From Acidimicrobiales bacterium (GTDB taxonomy: Bacteria; Actinomycetota; Acidimicrobiia; Acidimicrobiales; SZUA-35): a stretch of 64,000 nt of DNA. The position numbers and the translations under genes were made by a program. Position 1 is the first letter of the stretch. Every line of letters starts with the position of its first letter. The stretch covers positions 1,724,511 to 1,788,510 of the forward strand of contig OZ245048.1 of assembly GCA_965224435.1 (NCBI GenBank). Direction: 5' to 3'. The notes below the pieces were generated by a model, which ran no database searches, had not been told where the DNA came from, and saw only the letters and a program-made list of their open reading frames with translations. Below are positions 16,669 through 25,432 of this stretch, piece by piece.

Positions 16669-17487
16669 ATGGATATCCGAGCGGTTGTTGGTGCGGCCAG
16701 AGTCAAGGCCGAGCGAAAGGTTGGCGAGACAGTGGCGTCGGTGAGCCGTCGCCTTTCAGGGTCTTCAGAACAACCCCCGGCCAAGACACTCTTCGTGATT
16801 GCCCACGCCCGGTCCGGCTCGACGTTGCTCACCCACCTTCTCGGCGCTCACGATGACATTTTGTCCGTCGGTGAGCATCACGTCAGCTATAGCAAGGATT
16901 CTGACTTGCGCCGGTTGCGCGATCGCAGCGCGTTTATGGCCAATGATCTCAAGGCCCGGCCGATCTATGTCGTTGACAAGATCGTGTACAACGAGCACAC
17001 CATCAGTGATGACCTCCTGCGTGACTCCTCGATCAGGTTCGTGTTCTTGCTGCGACGGCCAGAAGGCACGCTGCCCAGCGTTGGCAAGATGTTCGGCCAG
17101 GCCGACATTGGTCGGCAGCTGGCCTACTACCGTCGGCGTCTCGACGAGATGGTCACCATCGCCAAGAAGGTGGGGGACCCGACCAGGTCGGCCTTCATGA
17201 CCTATGAGCAGATCACGGGCCAGCCCGACGCGACTCTGTCCTACCTCAGCGGCTTTCTTGATCTCGATTCGCCCCTGAATAAGGACTATGACGTCAGCCG
17301 CACGACGGGCCGTCAGGCCTGGGGTGATCCGTCCGAGCGTATCTTCTCTGGCACCATCGATCTGCGCCGCGGTGATTCTGACCCGCTACCAGTTGATATC
17401 GCAGTTGAGGCTGAGGCCATTCACGCCTTCGCCCTGTTTGAATTGGCGAAGCAATCTGCAGCAAATCCCCTGGTTAGCGACTCCTAA
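16669..17487 (+). CDS. sulfotransferase-family protein
   Basis: Has the 5'-PSB loop 'AHARSGSTLL' and the 3'-PB motif 'FLLRRPEGTLPS'. SD 'gggag' lies upstream of ATG 16669 (the listed ORF starts at 16591). Confidence 0.8.
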   Translation: MDIRAVVGAARVKAERKVGETVASVSRRLSGSSEQPPAKTLFVIAHARSGSTLLTHLLGAHDDILSVGEHHVSYSKDSDLRRLRDRSAFMANDLKARPIYVVDKIVYNEHTISDDLLRDSSIRFVFLLRRPEGTLPSVGKMFGQADIGRQLAYYRRRLDEMVTIAKKVGDPTRSAFMTYEQITGQPDATLSYLSGFLDLDSPLNKDYDVSRTTGRQAWGDPSERIFSGTIDLRRGDSDPLPVDIAVEAEAIHAFALFELAKQSAANPLVSDS

Positions 17488-18810
17488 GTGTTGAGCCAGG
17501 TCTCGGACCGAACAACCTCGTCGACCCTGACGACGGCAGACTCTTACTTTGGGCCATGGTCCAGGGGTCTGGGACAGATCTACATTGTTACGGCCATGGT
17601 CACTGCTTTTGGGGCCTATGACATCAAGCCTATGTTCCACACCCTGGTCCTTGGTTTCGCCTTTGGTTGCCTCCTGTTGGCTCCTCGCCAAGCCATTTTG
17701 GACATCCGTGTCTCCCTGATCTCGGTCATGATGTTGTCCCTGGTGGCCGCATCGGTCTTATGGACCTTTGACTCGGTGACGACAACGTTTCTGGTCCGCC
17801 TGGAAGTCCCGCGATCACTGTTTCTACTGCTTGTTATTGCTGTGCTTCCGTTGGAAGACACCATTGCTGGTCTGAAGAAGGCCATATGGGTGATCTTGGG
17901 CATGACCATCATTGGCTTGATTCTGGTGCCGGCTACTCGATCACACGGCATTCTGGCCGGATCGACCGAGCCCTATCCCGGCTGGCATGGCTTCTTCCTG
18001 CACAAGAACTCGATGTCGCCCTATCTGATCTTCGCTCTCAGCACGCTGTTGATTTGGGAAAAGAGCAAGGCAGCTCGAGTTCTTGGATTCCTGACCATCA
18101 TGGTCTTGATGGTGGGATCGCAATCGGGTACCGGCATCGGCGCCAGCCTGTTTGTTATTGCGTTCTATATTTGGGTTGTCATGTACCGGCGCAGCTCGAA
18201 CCGTTGGTCAGGCGGATTCTTGATTGCATCTGTTGGGCTGCTGTTCTGTGCGGCCATTACTGGAGCGGCAGCAATTGGCCAGATCTCCGAATCTGCGGGC
18301 AAGGGCTCGTCCTTCTCGGGCCGAACTTTCATCTGGAGCGCGGTTCTCGATGCCATTAGCCAACGACCCCTTCTGGGCTATGGCTATGGAGGCTTGTTCC
18401 AGAACCCGCCTTCGGATACAACCCGGGAAATATGGCGAAACATCGGGTTTGAGGCCAATCACTCCCATAGCGGAGGATTAGATCTACTGCTACAGCTTGG
18501 TGTTGTTGGCACGGTGCTCTTTGGTGGCCTCTTCGTATCGACCCTGCTCGGTGGGCTCGGGGTCCGAGAGGACGAGCAGCGGATGGCCGACTGGATCCTC
18601 ATCGTTCTGGCTGTGCAAGTTCTCATCAGCCTGTCCGAACCAGTCTTTCTTGGGCCATGGATGCTGGTAATGATGATTCTTCGGGGACTGACCCTCAAGA
18701 CAATGCCATCGTGGCGCCAACGTCATGGACGGGTCGCCACCATTCATGGTGAGCGGGCTCGGATCCGGTCGGAACACGACGACGAGCTTGACTATCAGTC
18801 CGTCGAATAG
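17488..18810 (+). CDS. O-antigen ligase/polymerase family (Wzy_C) membrane protein
   Basis: A polytopic membrane protein with a loop 'FSGRTFIWSAVLDAISQRPLLGYGYGG...NHSHSGGLDLLLQLGVVG'. Its GTG start directly abuts the stop of the upstream sulfotransferase. Confidence 0.8.
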   Translation: MLSQVSDRTTSSTLTTADSYFGPWSRGLGQIYIVTAMVTAFGAYDIKPMFHTLVLGFAFGCLLLAPRQAILDIRVSLISVMMLSLVAASVLWTFDSVTTTFLVRLEVPRSLFLLLVIAVLPLEDTIAGLKKAIWVILGMTIIGLILVPATRSHGILAGSTEPYPGWHGFFLHKNSMSPYLIFALSTLLIWEKSKAARVLGFLTIMVLMVGSQSGTGIGASLFVIAFYIWVVMYRRSSNRWSGGFLIASVGLLFCAAITGAAAIGQISESAGKGSSFSGRTFIWSAVLDAISQRPLLGYGYGGLFQNPPSDTTREIWRNIGFEANHSHSGGLDLLLQLGVVGTVLFGGLFVSTLLGGLGVREDEQRMADWILIVLAVQVLISLSEPVFLGPWMLVMMILRGLTLKTMPSWRQRHGRVATIHGERARIRSEHDDELDYQSVE

Positions 18811-18824
18811 GCGACCAGAAACGA

Positions 18825-18842
18825 GGTGAGATCGATCTCCCC
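18825..18842. terminator. imperfect palindrome between convergent genes (possible bidirectional hairpin)
   Basis: 'ggtGAGATCGATCTCccc' has a perfect 12-nt core palindrome at 18828-18839, located in the 31-nt gap between convergent genes. There is no U-tract. Confidence 0.2.
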
Positions 18843-20176
18843 TAGGTTCGAATGGGGGTGCGACCTGACTGGTTGCCCTTCTCACTGCCCGATTCGTCTG
18901 CGTCTTTGGCTGGGCCATCAGATTCGTCCGCTTGGCGCTGTGCCCGGATAAGCATCAGCCAGCCCCCAACTGCGAGGTAGATCTCGGCCACGATGGTGCC
19001 GATGACGGCACCGCGCCACGAGTAGGAGGGAATGAGGGCGATGTAGAGCACCATGCTCAACGCGGCGGAAGAGATTAGCAGGTAGGCGCGCCGGGAAATG
19101 AGGCCAAGTCCCATGAGCCCGTTGAGTGGTGCGCGACTGATAGCGAGCAGGGGGATCAATGGCACCAGCCAGCGAACGATGTTGACATCGATCTTGTCGG
19201 TTCCTGGCATGAAGCGAAGGAGGATCGGTGTCAGAGTGAACATGGCCAGAGCGATGACCAGGCTCAGGGCTAGGGACGTGCTGGCAAAGCGCTTGGCCCG
19301 GTCAACGTGCAGACCCTTGCGGCCGTCGCCCTCGGGCAAGAATCGCTGGAAGAGGGCCTTGTTCATGGTCTGGATCGGGAACTGGGAGAGCAACACAATA
19401 CGGAAGGCAGCGCCATAGAGGCCAGCGTCGGCCTCTAATCCGTAAACGTTCATGATGGCCTTGTCCCCATTTGTCTGGAGGTTGGAGGCGGCCATTGGTG
19501 TTGACAGCTCGAAATTGGTTCGCACATAGTCCCGGTCAGGCTGCATGAGACCAGGCCGTAATCCGAAGCGAGGTAGCACCAGAAACACTGCGACTGCGCT
19601 GGTGAAGGTGAAGCCGATGAGCCAAGCAATGGCGAGATTCTGGATAGTCATGTCGGCCAAGGTGTAGGTAGCCAGGAGTGAGCCAACACGAACAAGGGGC
19701 AGAGCCAGTCGTATCTTGGCCGACGTTGCGAATCCGTGCGTGGCTTGAATCAGGGTGGTAGCCACATTGGAGATCGGGAAGAGGATGAGTTCAGCAACGG
19801 CCATGAGGAACATGGCGAAGACGGTGACAGTGGAAACAACGAAGGAGGCAATCAGCGTGGCAACACCAACGGCCATGACACCCTGCAAGATGGTCATCCA
19901 GAGGGCGCGACTGCTTACAACCTGCGGGTCATCGTTCAGCTTGATAATGCGTTGTAAGACCAGAAGCTGCAGGCCAGACCAGCTCAGCGCACCAATCGGA
20001 CCAATGACCCCGTAGAAGCCGACGTAGCCGCCATATACCTCGGGTTCGAGGGCATTGAGGAGAAGCAGGAACGAGATGATGTTGGCTACAAGGCTCAGTC
20101 CGTCACCAAGCCCACTCCAAGCCACATCTCCCATCATCTCGCCGTAGCGACGGAAAAGCCCTCGAACCCGAGTCAT
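18842..20176 (-). CDS. MOP-superfamily oligosaccharide flippase (Wzx-like)
   Basis: A 444-aa protein with about 12-14 predicted TM segments. The N-terminus '...DVAWSGLGDGLSLVANIISFLLLLNALEPEVYGGY' is typical of polysaccharide biosynthesis/flippase proteins. Confidence 0.75.
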   Translation of the reverse strand: MTRVRGLFRRYGEMMGDVAWSGLGDGLSLVANIISFLLLLNALEPEVYGGYVGFYGVIGPIGALSWSGLQLLVLQRIIKLNDDPQVVSSRALWMTILQGVMAVGVATLIASFVVSTVTVFAMFLMAVAELILFPISNVATTLIQATHGFATSAKIRLALPLVRVGSLLATYTLADMTIQNLAIAWLIGFTFTSAVAVFLVLPRFGLRPGLMQPDRDYVRTNFELSTPMAASNLQTNGDKAIMNVYGLEADAGLYGAAFRIVLLSQFPIQTMNKALFQRFLPEGDGRKGLHVDRAKRFASTSLALSLVIALAMFTLTPILLRFMPGTDKIDVNIVRWLVPLIPLLAISRAPLNGLMGLGLISRRAYLLISSAALSMVLYIALIPSYSWRGAVIGTIVAEIYLAVGGWLMLIRAQRQADESDGPAKDADESGSEKGNQSGRTPIRT

Positions 20177-21087
20177 GAGGCGGCCAGACTATTCGGAGAG
20201 CAGGGCGGCAGATTTTCTTGCAAGTCGTCGACCCAGACGGGACGGAGAGATCCGGTCACTGTCGCAAAGTTCGCACAATCCAAGGGTGTTCCGAGCCAGG
20301 AACCGAGTTGTAAAAGGTCATGGTCAAAAACTTCACTCAGCCTGGCAATGTCATGATCAGACAGGACCGGCTTTGGTCCGGCCCGCCATTGATTCCGAAT
20401 CCGGTTCACGAGAGACTCTGGGGCAAGTCGTCGAAGCAGATCATAGAGCGGAGCCGACTTCAACCGCTCACGAACCGTGCTGCTGGCTAGCCGTTCGGCG
20501 GTGACATTGTGCTGACGTGTCGCGTCCCAGACGGGCGTTCCCTGGTAGCCAAGAAAGCCGCAGACGCGCTCAAGCTCAGCCTGGGGATCTTTCAACAGAT
20601 GATCAAAGAAAACTGGCAAGACGGACTCGGTGCCAAATCTGGTGAGGTAGGGGAGTAGCTGCTTGCTGTAGCAGCTGTACTCGATCAGCTCCGGATTGCT
20701 CCCGCTGATCGCAACTTCCAGTGGCTCGTGGATTTCTCCCTCCAGCTGCATGTGCTGGTACTGGGAGACAAGCCGGTCAATGGGGTGGCGCATCACATAG
20801 ATGAAGCGAGGATTGTCAATGGTGGCGGCCAGGCGCTCGATGGTGCGGGGGTAGGTGGGGAGTTTGGAGTAATGAGTGCTGGACTCGCCGCAGAGATCGG
20901 TCGGAACAGCCCCGTCGAAGTGGGATGCGTACCACTCCAGTCCTTGATCCCAGACTGCGTCATCGCTAAAGAAGTACAGCTCCTTGGGCTGGCTCATCGA
21001 GAGACCGGGTTGAGCTGCTAATTGCTCGTGCAAGGTCGAGGTCGCAGCTTTCATCGCTCCAATGATAAAGAAATCTGGGAATCGCAT
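20173..21087 (-). CDS. sulfotransferase-family protein
   Basis: Has the 5'-PSB loop 'FFIIGAMKAATSTLHEQL' and the 3'-PB motif 'YVMRHPIDRLVSQY'. It overlaps the flippase start by 4 nt. Confidence 0.8.
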   Translation of the reverse strand: MRFPDFFIIGAMKAATSTLHEQLAAQPGLSMSQPKELYFFSDDAVWDQGLEWYASHFDGAVPTDLCGESSTHYSKLPTYPRTIERLAATIDNPRFIYVMRHPIDRLVSQYQHMQLEGEIHEPLEVAISGSNPELIEYSCYSKQLLPYLTRFGTESVLPVFFDHLLKDPQAELERVCGFLGYQGTPVWDATRQHNVTAERLASSTVRERLKSAPLYDLLRRLAPESLVNRIRNQWRAGPKPVLSDHDIARLSEVFDHDLLQLGSWLGTPLDCANFATVTGSLRPVWVDDLQENLPPCSPNSLAAS

Positions 21088-21384
21088 CGAAAGGTTGGTC
21101 CCGAGAGTGGACGGAAGAGGTAACGGTCAGCAGTGGCGGGCGTGCATCTTGATGGTGAATCCATCGGTCGTTTGAGGAAGGAGATGAGGGTCGACAGGCG
21201 GGACGGACCACAATAGGCAGCGTTCACTGAATGGACCGTGTTCCCAGATTAGGTCGGGTTTGCACCCGTGTGAAGGCGTGCGACTGGGTAAATGTCGAAA
21301 CACCGGGCTGTATGGCACAAGGAGACGTGGGTCGCTTGGCGTGCTTGTCGGATATCTCGGCCTAGGTAAAAGCGACCAGTTGGC

Positions 21385-21401
21385 AGAAACTCGCGGTTTC
21401 T
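21385..21401. promoter_or_regulatory. inverted repeat AGAAAC-N5-GTTTCT in a divergent intergenic region (candidate operator)
   Basis: Perfect 6-bp arms sit at 21385-21390 and 21396-21401, about 70 nt upstream of ATG 21471. They lie in the 383-bp gap between divergent sulfotransferase genes. Confidence 0.2.
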
Positions 21402-21470
21402 CTCAAGCCGCCAGGTGAGAAGCCGATTAACTAGGGGTACCGCGTACTGCTCGAGGAGTACAAGACAGCA

Positions 21471-22424
21471 ATGATTCAATCCCCAGTGTTCCTAGTTGGC
21501 GCCGAGCGCTCTGGTACCACCATGCTCCATCTGATGTTGGACTCTCACCCCGAGATTACCGGGTGTGAAGGTTTCGAGTTCATGGTTGAGATGGTCGGGG
21601 AGCAGGGCGAGCGTCCTGAGCTGGCGGAGTATTATGAGTATCTGTCGCGGCATGCAATCTTCGGCACGTCGGAACTGTCGATCGACCGCAGCCTTGATTA
21701 CGACTCGCTGGTGAATAACTTCCTCGAACAGCGTCATGGTGCAGGCAACCAGGACCAACCAGTCATCCCTATGGTCCACTTTGGATTCTCCCGCCTCCTT
21801 CACATTTGGCCCGAGGCTCGATTCATCCACCTGGTACGAGATCCCCGCGACGTGACCAGCTCGGTCATCGAGATGGGTTGGGCGGGAACCGTTTGGCATG
21901 GCTTGGACAAGTGGATTGAGTCCGAAGACGAATGGACCGATTTTGCCAGACGGATCGATGCTTCCAAGTTCGTCGAGCTTCGCTATTCTGACCTCATCGC
22001 CGATCACCCAACAGAGCTCGGCAAGGTTTGTGACTTCCTGGGCCTGGCCTACACCGATGAGATGATGTCCTACGCCAAGGAGACCGAATACACGGTTCCT
22101 GACCCGTCCCGAGTCGAAGCCTGGAAGGCAAAGCTCAACACTGACCAGCTCTCCCTGGTCGAAGGGCGGGTGGCCCAGATGATGACGGATCGTGGTTTCG
22201 CCCTGAGCGGCGGGCCCATGCGTCAACCTGCTGGAATCGAACGATTCCGGCTGCAATGGCAGAACCGACTGGTCAAATGGAAGATGCGACTCGATCGTTT
22301 CGGGCCTCGCCTGTTCGTCGAAAGCCTCCTGATCCGGGTCATTCCCGTTGATTCCTATCACAAGTCGGTTCAGCTACGGACCAACAAGGTCGAGCGATCA
22401 CGGCGGAAGAAGTCATGGCGCTAA
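21471..22424 (+). CDS. sulfotransferase-family protein
   Basis: Has the 5'-PSB loop 'FLVGAERSGTTMLHLML' and the 3'-PB motif 'IHLVRDPRDVTSS'. Confidence 0.8.
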   Translation: MIQSPVFLVGAERSGTTMLHLMLDSHPEITGCEGFEFMVEMVGEQGERPELAEYYEYLSRHAIFGTSELSIDRSLDYDSLVNNFLEQRHGAGNQDQPVIPMVHFGFSRLLHIWPEARFIHLVRDPRDVTSSVIEMGWAGTVWHGLDKWIESEDEWTDFARRIDASKFVELRYSDLIADHPTELGKVCDFLGLAYTDEMMSYAKETEYTVPDPSRVEAWKAKLNTDQLSLVEGRVAQMMTDRGFALSGGPMRQPAGIERFRLQWQNRLVKWKMRLDRFGPRLFVESLLIRVIPVDSYHKSVQLRTNKVERSRRKKSWR

Positions 22425-22459
22425 ACTCCAACAATCCCCAATCAGGAAGACTCTGACCG

Positions 22460-24412
22460 GTGGAACTCTCCTTTGTAATTGCAGCCCTGCGGCGTAACGG
22501 CTGGGTCATCATTGTTTGCAGTGTGCTTGGCTTTTTCGCCTCGCTCAGTATCGAACCGCCTCGAGCCCAGTTCGAAAGCAATGGACTTCTCCTACTTTCG
22601 CCCTCGGGATTTGATGGTGGAGTCGCCTACGCCAACCAGCCCGATCGTTTCGTGCTGACCCAGCTTGGTGTGTTGCAGGCTGAGGGCTTGGCGGAACGAG
22701 TGGCCGAGCGAGTCAACGCCGGATCGAGCTTGGAAGAAACGGCAGGCTCGGTAAGTCGCAATACCGAGATGACGCAGAATCTTGATAGCGACACCGTCAA
22801 TATCGCTACCACCACTGGCCAAGAGCTACGCTCCCAGCTGATCGCCCAGGCCTACTTGGATCTCTATATTGAAGAGGCTAGGGCAACTGTTGAAGGCACC
22901 AGCCAGCCCGAATTGGAACGCTTGGACAATGATATCGACGAGGTTGAGAGCGAACTCACCAGCGTTCAGCAGCAGATCGTCTCTGTCATGGCTCCGTTCT
23001 TGCCCAGCACATCCGATGAAATCACCAAGCAGATCCCACCTCTGAGCATTGTCGCTCCTGAGTTGGCCACGCGTTTGGAAAATCTCACAGCCCAACTCAA
23101 GGCTCTGAATCTGAGCCGGATCGCTCTGGAATCCGAAGTTTTCTCCAGCTTCAACTCCATTATTGTTCAGGACGCCACCCTGCCGGTGAGTGCCATTGGT
23201 AACTCGACAGCGTTGCTGACAGCGGCCCTGGTCTTTGTCGCCACCACCCTTGGTTTCATCATTGCCTTGGTCTGGACCCGTTTCTCTGATCGTGTCCTGG
23301 ATGACCTGCAGGCCTCGGAGATCCTTGGTATGCCCATTGTCGGCGAGTTGGACCACGCTCGTGCGCTTCGCCGCTCGCCGCTGGTTGCCTTTGACAACTT
23401 GCCGAGCTCACTCATCCCCGTTATTGATCAGTTGTCGGTGCGGGCCGAGGCCCTTGGTTCGGTGACCGAGCCGCTCACCGTCGCTGTTGTCGGTACCCAG
23501 CGGGTGGCGGGAACAACGACCTTGGCCACTGCCATGGCTGGCCGCTTCAGTGCGGCTGAGTTTGAGGTTGTGCTGGTCGACCTGGATGCCAGCGATCCGT
23601 ACTTGTCCGAGGCCTTTGGTGGCATTCGTGGCGAAGGCTTGGCAGCAGTCTTCACTCCGAATCCGGAGCGAGCATTCATTCGCACCGGCCGGACCGGCGT
23701 GACCCTGTTGGGTCGTGGTCACCGGGCCGTCTCGATCCGTCGTGACCTGGTCGGTGAAGTCCTGGACGTCGCTAAGAGCCGAGCTCATATTGTCATCATC
23801 GATGCCGGTTCGGTGCTTGATGCTGCGGCCACGGTCGAACTCTGTGATCTTGTCGATGCTGTTGTACTGGCGGTTCCCTTGCGTCGCCAGGAAACCCGCC
23901 CCCTTGGACACGTTGCTCGTCAGTTCGAGCCCATCACGAAAAAGGTCTTGCCCATCATCACCCATCCGATGGCCAAACGAGCTGCCTTGTCATCAGACAA
24001 TAGTCACGCTGCTCCTGAGACGATCGAAGAAGCCATCGTGCCGACAACTCCGCCGACCCCTCGCCAAGCGCTTCCGCCCGAGCCGTCTGAACCGGCTGAG
24101 CCATATGTGGAGCCAATCGAGACACCAGCCAATAGCAAATCCTCAGCTCGGTCCGAATCGGCCAAGAAAGGATCAACACAGTCAGGATCAACAAAGTCAG
24201 GGTCAACAAAGTCGGGACCCGCAAGGTCTGAAACGGATACCTCCGGGTCGCGGAAACCAAAGAATGACCGGACCAAGAGTGATCGTACGAAGAGCGACCG
24301 CACCAAGAACGGCCGCAAGCGTAGTGAACAATCGACATCGGGGAATAGCTCATCGGGAAGCTCGTCCTCCGAGTCTGATCAGTCCGGCAGCGGTTCCCGC
24401 TCAAGGTCCTGA
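22460..24412 (+). CDS. Wzz-type chain-length determinant fused to a degenerate BY-kinase-like P-loop domain and a Ser/Lys/Thr-rich tail
   Basis: Has an N-terminal Wzz-like TM 'WVIIVCSVLGFFASL', a coiled-coil ectodomain and a second TM 'LLTAALVFVATTLGFIIALVW'. The P-loop region 'VAVVGTQRVAGTTTLA' has no Walker-A Lys. The other motifs are 'VLVDLDASDP' and 'IVIIDAGS'. The last ~100 aa are rich in S, K, T and R and contain no Tyr. Confidence 0.7.
   Translation: MELSFVIAALRRNGWVIIVCSVLGFFASLSIEPPRAQFESNGLLLLSPSGFDGGVAYANQPDRFVLTQLGVLQAEGLAERVAERVNAGSSLEETAGSVSRNTEMTQNLDSDTVNIATTTGQELRSQLIAQAYLDLYIEEARATVEGTSQPELERLDNDIDEVESELTSVQQQIVSVMAPFLPSTSDEITKQIPPLSIVAPELATRLENLTAQLKALNLSRIALESEVFSSFNSIIVQDATLPVSAIGNSTALLTAALVFVATTLGFIIALVWTRFSDRVLDDLQASEILGMPIVGELDHARALRRSPLVAFDNLPSSLIPVIDQLSVRAEALGSVTEPLTVAVVGTQRVAGTTTLATAMAGRFSAAEFEVVLVDLDASDPYLSEAFGGIRGEGLAAVFTPNPERAFIRTGRTGVTLLGRGHRAVSIRRDLVGEVLDVAKSRAHIVIIDAGSVLDAAATVELCDLVDAVVLAVPLRRQETRPLGHVARQFEPITKKVLPIITHPMAKRAALSSDNSHAAPETIEEAIVPTTPPTPRQALPPEPSEPAEPYVEPIETPANSKSSARSESAKKGSTQSGSTKSGSTKSGPARSETDTSGSRKPKNDRTKSDRTKSDRTKNGRKRSEQSTSGNSSSGSSSSESDQSGSGSRSRS
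24170..24322 (+). repeat. two blocks of 15-bp in-frame repeats in the tail of the pseudo-kinase
   Basis: Positions 24170-24214 hold 'ggatcaacacagtca/ggatcaacaaagtca/gggtcaacaaagtcg', encoding GSTQS GSTKS GSTKS. Positions 24263-24322 hold four units encoding NDRTK SDRTK SDRTK NGRKR with synonymous differences. Confidence 0.85.
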
Positions 24413-24569
24413 GCCCCGTTACAAGCTTTCGTAAATTTGAGCTCTACGTGCTTGGAATCTCGTTCCGCTAAAGAACCATCCATTTCGATCGATAGTCAGA
24501 GTACCAGTCTCACCAAAGTCAGGCCGTTAGTGCAACGGACACTAGTGACAAAACAGGTGGCAAAACAAG

Positions 24570-25391
24570 ATGATGAAGGACAGAGCAGTGTCTGAACAGG
24601 TTTCCCCCAGTGACATCCCAGTTGTGATCCTCTGCGGAGGGCAAGGAACCCGAATTCGGGAAGCATCCGAGAGCCTGCCCAAACCGTTGATCGATATTGG
24701 CGGCAAGCCAATCCTTTGGCACATCATGAAGAGTTACCACTCTCATGGTTTTCGCCGCTTCATTCTCTGCCTGGGGTACAAGGGCTGGAATATCAAAGAA
24801 TACTTCCTTCGATATCAAGAGAATGTCTCGGACTTCACTCTCGAACTCAGTTCCGGCACCGGCCCCAACTTCCACGGCCACGGTACTGACGACTTTGAGG
24901 TGTCACTGGTCGACACCGGTCTGAATACCGGAACTGGCGGTCGCATTCCCAAGATAGCCCACCTGCTGGATCAGGACTATTTCATGCTCACCTATGGCGA
25001 TGGCCTTGGTCCCGTCAATGTTGGGGATGAGCTCCAACAACTGGCTAGTTCAGACAACCTCGGCATGGTGACCGGCGTTCACCCAACCTCTCGTTTTGGT
25101 GAATTGCACTGTGTCGACGGCATGGTTGAGAACTTCGCGGAGAAGCCAGCCTCAACCGGCTGGGTATCTGGCGGGTTCTTTGCCTTCCGCAAGGAGTTCC
25201 TGGACTACCTGGACCCCGAGGACCCTGACCAGATGTTGGAAAGTCAGCCGCTACAACAGCTGGCTCGAGACGGCAAGCTCTCCATGTACGAACATGAAGG
25301 TTTCTGGATGGGCATGGACACCTTCCGTGAATACACCGCATTGAATGAGATGTGGGCCGCCGATGAAGCTCCTTGGAAGACCTGGGAGTAG
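24570..25391 (+). CDS. rfbF: glucose-1-phosphate cytidylyltransferase
   Basis: Similar along its length to my recollection of enterobacterial RfbF/DdhA. Matching segments include 'VVILCGGQGTRIRE...KPLIDIGGKPILWHIMKSY...LGYKG..IKEYF' and an identical C-terminal 'APWKTWE'. Confidence 0.92.
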   Translation: MMKDRAVSEQVSPSDIPVVILCGGQGTRIREASESLPKPLIDIGGKPILWHIMKSYHSHGFRRFILCLGYKGWNIKEYFLRYQENVSDFTLELSSGTGPNFHGHGTDDFEVSLVDTGLNTGTGGRIPKIAHLLDQDYFMLTYGDGLGPVNVGDELQQLASSDNLGMVTGVHPTSRFGELHCVDGMVENFAEKPASTGWVSGGFFAFRKEFLDYLDPEDPDQMLESQPLQQLARDGKLSMYEHEGFWMGMDTFREYTALNEMWAADEAPWKTWE

Positions 25392-25432
25392 CCACCAGTG
25401 ATCGGTGGGGCGAAGCAAACGGGAAGTATTCG

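Noticed and set aside
21492-22361. A 289-aa ORF antisense to the third sulfotransferase. Similar long antisense ORFs occur at 6196..6876, 44698..45423, 48401..49120 and 49875..50831.
   Set aside because: Each is fully nested opposite an ORF with clear family motifs and has no recognisable motifs of its own. I treated all of them as GC-driven shadow frames.
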